From Gekko japonicus (Eukaryota): 64,000 nucleotides of DNA. Where the stretch lies: the NCBI RefSeq assembly GCF_001447785.1, contig NW_015173138.1, positions 546,176 to 610,175 of the forward strand, in the 5' to 3' direction. The position numbers and the translations under genes were made by a program. Positions 60,801 to 64,000 of the stretch are shown one piece after another (within the stretch, counting starts at the first letter, position 1; each line of letters begins with the position of its first letter). The notes under the pieces are model-generated. The model ran no database searches. It was not told where the DNA came from and was given only the letters and a program-made list of their open reading frames with translations.

Positions 60801-62804
60801 GCATTTAGGTAAAAATACTGGTGAAATAAAACAGCAACAAAAAAGGTGATAATGCACGATAGTTTTACAACTGGTATTGCTTTTCAGTAAGGAATCCCTG
60901 CAGTAGTGATAATGGGGGATGTGAGCAGATCTGCGTTCTCAGCCACAAAACAGATAATGATGGTCTTGGCTACCGTTGCAAATGTACGCTTGGCTTCGAC
61001 TTGCATCCAGACGGCCGCCATTGCATTGGTAAGGATGTATATTGACTCTTTTAATAGGTCTTCCATGGTTGATTGCACAGCTACCTTTTCTAAATGGAAC
61101 CCTCAGAACTGCTTCACATCATTATAAGAAGCAGCAAGTATGAATGAAACTATTTTATCTTACCACAGGGGGTGATGTGTGTATCATGTGCCATTCTCAG
61201 AAGTGGTCTTTGTGGTGAAAACTCTAATATTTGGAAGAAAAACTCAGATCTGTAGCCCAGGAAGCCTATCTCCTGTGTTTGAAGATACATTTCTTCCTTT
61301 CAGGTCCTATAGTATTTGCCGTGAGGCTCACAGTTAAAATTCTGGATATATGTCTGCCACGTACAGTTTGAAATGGTCCTCAGTGCCATATAACCTATGC
61401 ATGGGTCTTATGGAGTCACAGAATTCACATCTGGACTGGTTTATTAGTTTAAATATCTCAAACCCCTTAGCTCAGGTTCCCATCAGCCTTTTTAAAAAAG
61501 TAGCATTCTTCAGACTTTTAAAAATTTTAATTGGGAAGGTTGTCTTGATCATATGTTATAACAATGTTCAAATCACCAGAACTTAATACGTTTTACAGGT
61601 TCTAAAGCATATTCCTAAGCAGAGTTAACACATTTCTAAGTCCATTAAAGGCTGTAACTATGCTTAGGATTGCACTGCTAATACTAGTTTTCAAAGATGA
61701 TATTTTAGGAGATTTCAGTAGAGATGACTGGGTGAACAGGTCCCCCCCCGCTTTCTCATTGGCTAATGGGAGTCAGTGGGGTTTAGCCATCAGAGTGTCA
61801 GACTAAGACTGGAGCGATTCAGGTTCTTGCTTAGCAGTGTAGCTCACCTGGTGACTGTGGGTCAGTCATATCAGCCTAATTCACAAAGTTGCTGTGAGGA
61901 TAAAATGGAGGAGTGAAACATGTCCACCATCCTGAGCTTGGAGGAAAAGGGAGGGGGGGTTAAGCAAGCATTGTCAGACCTCATACAGCATTTCAAGTGG
62001 AAGACGTTATAGACTGTGGAATCTAGAGAAAATCAGTTGTAACTCAATCCCAGGGAGATCTGTTAGATTTAAACACACGGCTAGGAAGTTGAATCCTGTT
62101 CATTTCGGGGGGATGTAGGTATGCATTAATTCTGTTGTCTGCTTTAGGAGGTACAGTTTCCTGGTTGGATCGTGACCTTTGTCATGTTCCTATACATTAC
62201 AGGCATTACAGGCTTCACATCTGATTCCTGCTTTGATTTTTAATGCTGTTTGTCTTAACCCATGTCATTTTCTTGTACCACACACAGCTGTTTTCTGTGA
62301 ATTAAATTAAAAATGGGAAAAGGTAATCATTTAAGATTCATTGGTAACAGAAAGCCAGCTGAGATCCATCTACATCAGCTAGAGCGGCAGACTAGGACTG
62401 GGGCCCTGAAGCACACTTTGGTGACTGAAGGTGGTGGCCCAGCCACTCTCTCAGAGCCTGGCCTACTTTATGGGTCGGTTGTGAAGGGAAAAATAGGCAA
62501 CAGAATCATGTGAGCCACCCTGAGGAACTTAGAAGAAAAGCAGGATTTTAAAAAAATGTGCTGAAGAGATAACCTCTACCTTTGTTCCTTTCTTTTCCAG
62601 CTGTGCAACAGTTTCTGCTCTTCTCATCCCAGAACGCAGTACGTGGGATCCCGTTCAATCTCTCCAGCCAGGAAGATGTCATCATTCCTGTCACAGGGAG
62701 CCCTTCCTACTTTATTGGAATTGACTTCTATGCACAGGAGGACACCATCTTTTTTTCGGACACTACTAGAGACATCATTTATAAACAGAAGACTGATGGG
62801 ACAG
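10292..62804 (+). CDS. LRP2: LDL receptor-related protein 2 (megalin), partial gene model, exons 2-16 (2232 coding nt; exon 1 and exons 17+ outside the window)
   Basis: 15 GT-AG exons splice in frame with no stops. Domain order is 7x LDLa, 2x EGF, YWTD propeller, EGF, propeller. Peptides such as [37 protein letters not shown] and [15 protein letters not shown] are characteristic of megalin. Exon lengths 108/123/117/111/114/117/144/120/129/170/224/207/203/141/204 match human LRP2 exons 2-16 as I recall them, except exon 8. Confidence 0.97.
10452..10660 (+). mobile_element. Older tRNA-derived SINE (Squam3-related subfamily)
   Basis: tRNA head ggtatagtagttagagcgttggact...gaattccc, core gaccttgg...cctacctcacagggttg; related copies near 37005-37195, 61790-61950 and 62380-62550. 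Confidence 0.65.
11141..11330 (+). mobile_element. Squam2-like tRNA-derived SINE
   Basis: gggtggctcagtggcagagcatg...ccagtccccggcatctccag head and gcttcatgtgtt tail. Confidence 0.7.
11828..12500. mobile_element. hAT-like MITE (TAGGG termini) with a nested Squam3 SINE
   Basis: taggggtgtg ... cacacccata termini, degenerate 8-bp flanks agtgagag/agtggaag, internal tataccctatggggac motif shared with 59807-60292. Confidence 0.65.
12031..12314 (+). mobile_element. Squam3-like SINE
   Basis: Same family as 9742-10018; (cct)n tail. Confidence 0.85.
12608..12902. mobile_element. Non-autonomous DNA transposon (CAGG termini)
   Basis: TIRs caggcctgtagc / gctacgggcctg; flanks cacagtt/catagtt. Confidence 0.65.
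13001..13218. mobile_element. hAT MITE (tagggttgcc termini)
   Basis: TIRs tagggttgccaac / gttggcaactctg; 8-bp TSD acaatggc/acaatgac; older inverted copy at about 30373-30574. Confidence 0.8.
13856..13978 (+). CDS. LRP2: LRP2 exon 3, LDLa repeat 2 ([40 protein letters not shown])
   Basis: actag acceptor, gtaagt donor, 123 nt; not in the ORF track, read manually. Confidence 0.95.
15040..15310 (+). mobile_element. Squam3-like SINE
   Basis: Same family as 9742-10018. Confidence 0.83.
15754..18855 (+). mobile_element. DIRS1-type tyrosine-recombinase retrotransposon, internally deleted and decayed
   Basis: Left ITR 15754-15881 is the imperfect reverse complement of right ITR 18700-18828. ICR 18407-18490 is complementary to both termini. 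Coding remnants: gag ([11 protein letters not shown]...[10 protein letters not shown]), RT N-terminus (WVKETISNG...VEPVP...GIYSILFTV...LKFLNKF) and YR C-terminus (LSRWLKECI...STRS...TW...FVRHY). Confidence 0.9.
18892..18990 (-). mobile_element. Squam3-like SINE, 3' fragment
   Basis: Reverse complement of the SINE tail gggtataaatccaatctcctctt. Confidence 0.8.
18991..19373. mobile_element. PIF/Harbinger-like MITE, degenerate
   Basis: Terminal and subterminal ttcagactg/ttcacac ... gtgtgaa inverted motifs, GC-rich; TIRs imperfect. Confidence 0.5.
19374..20692 (-). mobile_element. L1 LINE 5'UTR + ORF1 (frameshifted), ORF2 absent
   Basis: Minus strand starts gacttccggtttt...gccatggc with a CpG-rich UTR. 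ORF1 pieces: coiled coil, [32 protein letters not shown]...YRWMVPEG (L1 ORF1p/Transposase_22-like). Confidence 0.82.
20693..20847 (+). mobile_element. Penelope-like element terminal fragment with inverted 5' copy
   Basis: agggtatgagcttttgtgagttactgctca is the reverse complement of tgagcagtgactcacaaaagctcgtaccct (2 mismatches), followed by ttggtagtccttaaggtgctac...cagactaacacagctaccc, typical of reptile Penelope pLTRs. Confidence 0.72.
21372..21602 (+). mobile_element. Squam3-related SINE
   Basis: tRNA head, core and (tct)n tail. Confidence 0.72.
22823..22939 (+). CDS. LRP2: LRP2 exon 4, LDLa repeat 3 ([38 protein letters not shown])
   Basis: ttgcag acceptor, gtgagt donor, 117 nt. Confidence 0.95.
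25170..25322 (+). mobile_element. 5S-rRNA-derived SINE (SINE3, 5S-Sauria-like)
   Basis: gatctcagaagctaagcagggttgaccctgg...ttggatgggagacc matches the 5S rRNA internal control region, followed by an RTE/BovB-like body ggcaatggcgaaccacctctg. Confidence 0.78.
25340..26350 (-). mobile_element. Old L2 LINE fragment
   Basis: Minus-strand remnants ANKLKLN, SRLDYCN-like (tccagactagactactgcaat) and AVPQLWN. Confidence 0.65.
27340..27507. mobile_element. DIRS-like terminal repeat fragment
   Basis: gaactga...accca...gatgtcctcc...ccttcacggtaagt follows the motif order of the DIRS ITR plus extension at 18700-18853. Confidence 0.55.
27522..27920 (-). mobile_element. Two nested or adjacent CR1 3' fragments
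   Basis: Two tail signatures (catagcataagag at 27522, gagaacataagag at about 27697), each followed by a CR1 3'UTR. Confidence 0.65.
28706..29090. mobile_element. GC-rich PIF/Harbinger-like MITE, right end truncated
   Basis: Left TIR ggccccggtcacacg; body is the reverse-complement homologue of about 53800-53964. Confidence 0.62.
30855..31724 (+). mobile_element. L1 ORF2 C-terminal segment (5'-truncated), running into the assembly gap
   Basis: About 290 open codons with [10 protein letters not shown] and the CCHC knuckle [18 protein letters not shown]; A-rich coding strand. Confidence 0.85.
31725..32336. other. Assembly gap (612 N)
   Basis: Run of n. Confidence 1.
33692..33870 (+). repeat. 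RTE/BovB-tailed SINE 3' fragment ending in a (CA)n(GA)n microsatellite (33797-33870)
   Basis: ggcaatggcaaaccacc...gggtcgccgtaagtcagctgtgact followed by dinucleotide runs. Confidence 0.75.
35325..35435 (+). CDS. LRP2: LRP2 exon 5, LDLa repeat 4 ([36 protein letters not shown])
   Basis: ttgtag acceptor, gtaagt donor, 111 nt. Confidence 0.95.
35541..35654 (+). CDS. LRP2: LRP2 exon 6, LDLa repeat 5 ([37 protein letters not shown])
   Basis: tttcag acceptor after a 105-nt intron, gtacgc donor, 114 nt. Confidence 0.95.
36258..36374 (+). CDS. LRP2: LRP2 exon 7, LDLa repeat 6 ([38 protein letters not shown])
   Basis: cctcag acceptor, gtaaag donor, 117 nt. Confidence 0.95.
36690..36948 (+). mobile_element. 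Squam3-like SINE
   Basis: Same family as 9742-10018. Confidence 0.83.
37893..38036 (+). CDS. LRP2: LRP2 exon 8, LDLa repeat 7 ([48 protein letters not shown])
   Basis: tttag acceptor, gtgagt donor, 144 nt, in frame. Confidence 0.93.
38897..39016 (+). CDS. LRP2: LRP2 exon 9, EGF-like repeat ([39 protein letters not shown])
   Basis: ttgtag acceptor, gtaagg donor, 120 nt. Confidence 0.95.
39177..39693 (+). mobile_element. Unclassified terminal-repeat-like insert (possibly Ngaro-type YR element or LTR)
   Basis: GC-rich, internal ggggcatgccc repeats, taataaagttgtgg polyA-like motif; bracketed by an 83-bp direct repeat. Confidence 0.4.
39868..41348 (+). mobile_element. L2-clade LINE, 5'-truncated, relatively young
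   Basis: RT motifs [37 protein letters not shown] and LHWLP; (taaa)n tail; 12-bp TSD-like aattgtaatctg/aattgtactctg. Confidence 0.9.
43885..44458 (-). mobile_element. L2 LINE 3' end
   Basis: (ttta)n tail on plus; ORF2 end YLRDHLSPY...RAFSVAA...[10 protein letters not shown]. Confidence 0.85.
44490..45700 (+). mobile_element. RTE-BovB LINE 3' part, interrupted by a Squam3 SINE
   Basis: [45 protein letters not shown] and [14 protein letters not shown]; 3' end taagtcggaagcgacttg. Confidence 0.88.
45072..45351 (-). mobile_element. Squam3-like SINE nested in BovB
   Basis: Full reverse complement of the 9742-10018 family. Confidence 0.87.
45782..45957 (-). mobile_element. 5S-rRNA-derived SINE
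   Basis: Minus strand atcttgtcagatctc...ggatgggagaccactgaggaataccaggg followed by ggcaatggcaaaccacctc; same family as 25170. Confidence 0.75.
46332..46460 (+). CDS. LRP2: LRP2 exon 10, Ca-binding-type EGF repeat ([43 protein letters not shown])
   Basis: cccag acceptor, gtaagt donor, 129 nt. Confidence 0.95.
47020..47133 (-). mobile_element. CR1 3' end fragment
   Basis: agaatcacagaatcatagaa is the reverse complement of the (ATTCTRTG)n CR1 tail. Confidence 0.72.
50177..50346 (+). CDS. LRP2: LRP2 exon 11, start of YWTD propeller 1 ([14 protein letters not shown]...[11 protein letters not shown])
   Basis: tttcag acceptor, gtaagt donor, 170 nt, FWTD motif. Confidence 0.96.
51634..52975. mobile_element. 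Solo LTR (~1.3 kb, Gypsy/ERV-type)
   Basis: Termini tatgac ... gtcaca (TG..CA with one change); 5-bp TSD gcatt/gcatc; two CCAAT boxes (52848, 52872); polyA-like motifs near 51893-51910. Confidence 0.62.
52066..52395 (+). repeat. ~126-bp direct duplication (52066-52191 and 52270-52395) with complex filler
   Basis: Copies differ by about 1 nt; the filler contains four cataattcag units. Confidence 0.9.
53537..53964. mobile_element. GC/CpG-rich PIF/Harbinger-like MITE
   Basis: 15-bp imperfect TIRs ggtccctgccacacg / cgtatgaacagggcc; 3-bp TSD cca. Confidence 0.68.
54113..54336 (+). CDS. LRP2: LRP2 exon 12, YWTD propeller 1 (VFSVAIDG...[14 protein letters not shown]...[11 protein letters not shown])
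   Basis: ttccag acceptor, gtgagt donor, 224 nt. Confidence 0.96.
54632..55522 (+). repeat. ~340-bp direct duplication (54632-54982, 55183-55522) flanking a one-ended Harbinger-like MITE (54983-55182)
   Basis: Near-identical copies (few SNVs, one 11-bp indel); the insert starts with the family TIR ggccccggtcaaacg. Confidence 0.88.
55935..56141 (+). CDS. LRP2: LRP2 exon 13, YWTD propeller 1 ([23 protein letters not shown]...[21 protein letters not shown])
   Basis: ttatag acceptor, gtgcga donor, 207 nt. Confidence 0.95.
57691..57820. mobile_element. 130-bp PIF/Harbinger MITE
   Basis: Perfect 27-bp inverted repeat gtcacacacactaaataatccactttc inside ggct...agcc termini; TTA/TTA 3-bp TSD. Confidence 0.88.
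58075..58277 (+). CDS. LRP2: LRP2 exon 14, end of YWTD propeller 1 ([15 protein letters not shown]...YFTDWTK...YHALRQPL)
   Basis: aacag acceptor, gtaagt donor, 203 nt. Confidence 0.96.
58569..58934 (+). repeat. Tandem duplication, 2 x 183 bp
   Basis: 58569-58751 vs 58752-58934, a few mismatches. Confidence 0.92.
59104..59607 (+). repeat. Tandem duplication, 2 x ~252 bp
   Basis: 59104-59356 vs 59357-59607, a few mismatches and indels. Confidence 0.92.
59807..60292. mobile_element. hAT-like MITE (TAGGG termini) with internal hairpin
   Basis: taggggtgtg ... aacacccct termini; same family as 11828-12500 in opposite orientation. Confidence 0.65.
60568..60653 (+). mobile_element. Penelope-like pLTR remnant with degenerate hammerhead motif
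   Basis: ttgatga-a-gagctctgcagaagtc-gaaa-gc followed by tagtaaaaggtattac. Confidence 0.5.
60888..61028 (+). CDS. LRP2: LRP2 exon 15, EGF-like repeat ([46 protein letters not shown])
   Basis: tttcag acceptor, gtaagg donor, 141 nt. Confidence 0.96.
62601..62804 (+). CDS. LRP2: LRP2 exon 16, start of YWTD propeller 2 ([18 protein letters not shown]...[19 protein letters not shown])
   Basis: ttccag acceptor, gtgaga donor, 204 nt. Confidence 0.96.
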
Positions 62805-63406
62805 GTGAGATGCAAATCCCTCAGTTTTAATTTCTTGGTCTGCTAGTCTCAGTGTCTCGAACTGACGAAAAAATGGGTAATCATATCTACATAGTATTTC
62901 ACAGTTGTCAAAGGATCAAATTCTGTCTTTTTCTATATTGAATGGAAACATCCAGGTCCATTTTCTTAATTTGGAAAAGAGATGTGGTACACAGATCATA
63001 TCAAACCAGGCTATCAGTGGTGAGAAATTTTTGAGCAGATATATGTACAGCCATTATGGATTATCAAGTTCGTTTTAGCCCAGTATTATTTTTGTTGGGT
63101 CAGATTGGGTAGAATGGAAGATAAGTACGGATTTTGTTGAAGTGGCAGCAAGATTATAGCAAGGCATTGGTTGAGAACAGGGGCAATTTCTGAGGAAAAG
63201 TGATTGAGATCTTTTTTTAAAATGTTGATGGATAAAACTATAGCATGCAGACAATTAAAAGAAAAGTTCGTGCAGTGTTCATTCAGAGATGGAGACCTTT
63301 CATTATTTAATGGGAAAAGATTAAGCCATAAGAAAATGTAAAAGTGAGCGTAGGATTTGTTTAGCTGTATGTGTTCAAAAATCTATGAGGAACAATGTCT
63401 AATAGT

Positions 63407-63612
63407 CAGTGTTCCCTCTAAGCTGAGTTAGTATGAGCTAGCTCACAGTTTTTTCACCTCCAGCTCACGCATTTTTGCCTTAGCTTAGGAAGGAGGGCTC
63501 CAGAGCCAACTAATTGATGCAGTAGCCAAATCACCTGCTCACAACTTTAATGCCAGTAGCTCACAAAGTAGGATTTTGGCTCATGGGATTCCACAGCTTA
63601 GAGGGAACATTG
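63407..63612. mobile_element. hAT-type MITE, 206 bp (inverted sister of 9240-9445)
   Basis: TIRs cagtgttccctctaagct / agcttagagggaacattg; 8-bp TSD ctaatagt/ctaatggt. Confidence 0.88.
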
Positions 63613-64000
63613 CTAATGGTATAGACATTGTAGCTGAAGATTTGTAGATTACTGTGAAATTTGGTGGTTCTCTTCTCTTTCCTTTATTCTGTTAAAAATT
63701 ATAGAAGTGCTCTTATTTTTGAAGAAGCCAAAAATAAAAATAGCACAGTAATTCAGGATTTTTACTTCTTAAAACCTCTTTGTAATTTTCTTGAACTGCA
63801 TATGAAGCTTTCTTGTACTGAGTGAGACCAATGCTTGTTTAGCCCAATACTGTGACTGTGTCTTTCCTAACCCTGCTTAGTTCAATTCTGTTTCACTGAA
63901 AATGCCAGGGATTAAATTTGGGACTTTCTGCATGAGAAACCATGCAGGTCCCTCACTTTGTGGATAGTAGACGGGAAGGAGTTCAGTGGAAACATTAAGA

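Noticed and set aside
10292-62804. Alternative identity as LRP1, LRP1B, LDLR or VLDLR
   Set aside because: Seven N-terminal LDLa repeats followed by two propellers, plus megalin-specific peptides and exon sizes, fit LRP2. LRP1/1B start with two LDLa repeats and LDLR has only one propeller.

Overview
Vertebrate genomic DNA, most likely a squamate and probably a gecko, judging from the SINE families. The window carries 15 consecutive internal exons (exons 2-16) of LRP2/megalin on the + strand. All have GT-AG introns and splice into one uninterrupted 2232-nt reading frame: seven LDL-receptor class A repeats, two EGF repeats, a full YWTD beta-propeller, an EGF repeat and the start of a second propeller. 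Exon 1 lies upstream and the gene continues downstream. About 96% of the window is intron, densely filled with transposons: tRNA-derived SINEs (Sauria/Squam1-, Squam2- and Squam3-like), 5S-rRNA-derived SINEs, CR1, L2, L1 and RTE-BovB LINE pieces, hAT and PIF/Harbinger MITEs, a solo LTR, Penelope-type fragments with decayed hammerhead motifs, and DIRS1-type tyrosine-recombinase retroelements. A 612-N assembly gap lies at 31725-32336. I see no new host gene system. The most unusual signals are: (1) a DIRS1 element with complete ITR/ICR cis architecture but most of pol deleted, plus a ~220-bp termini-only DIRS; (2) an antisense L1 retaining only its CpG-rich 5'UTR and ORF1; (3) a junction with iterated templated insertions and a CR1-RT-like snippet; (4) a cluster of local duplications in introns 11-14. 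Repeat family names and the comparisons with human LRP2 come from recall, not from a database search.
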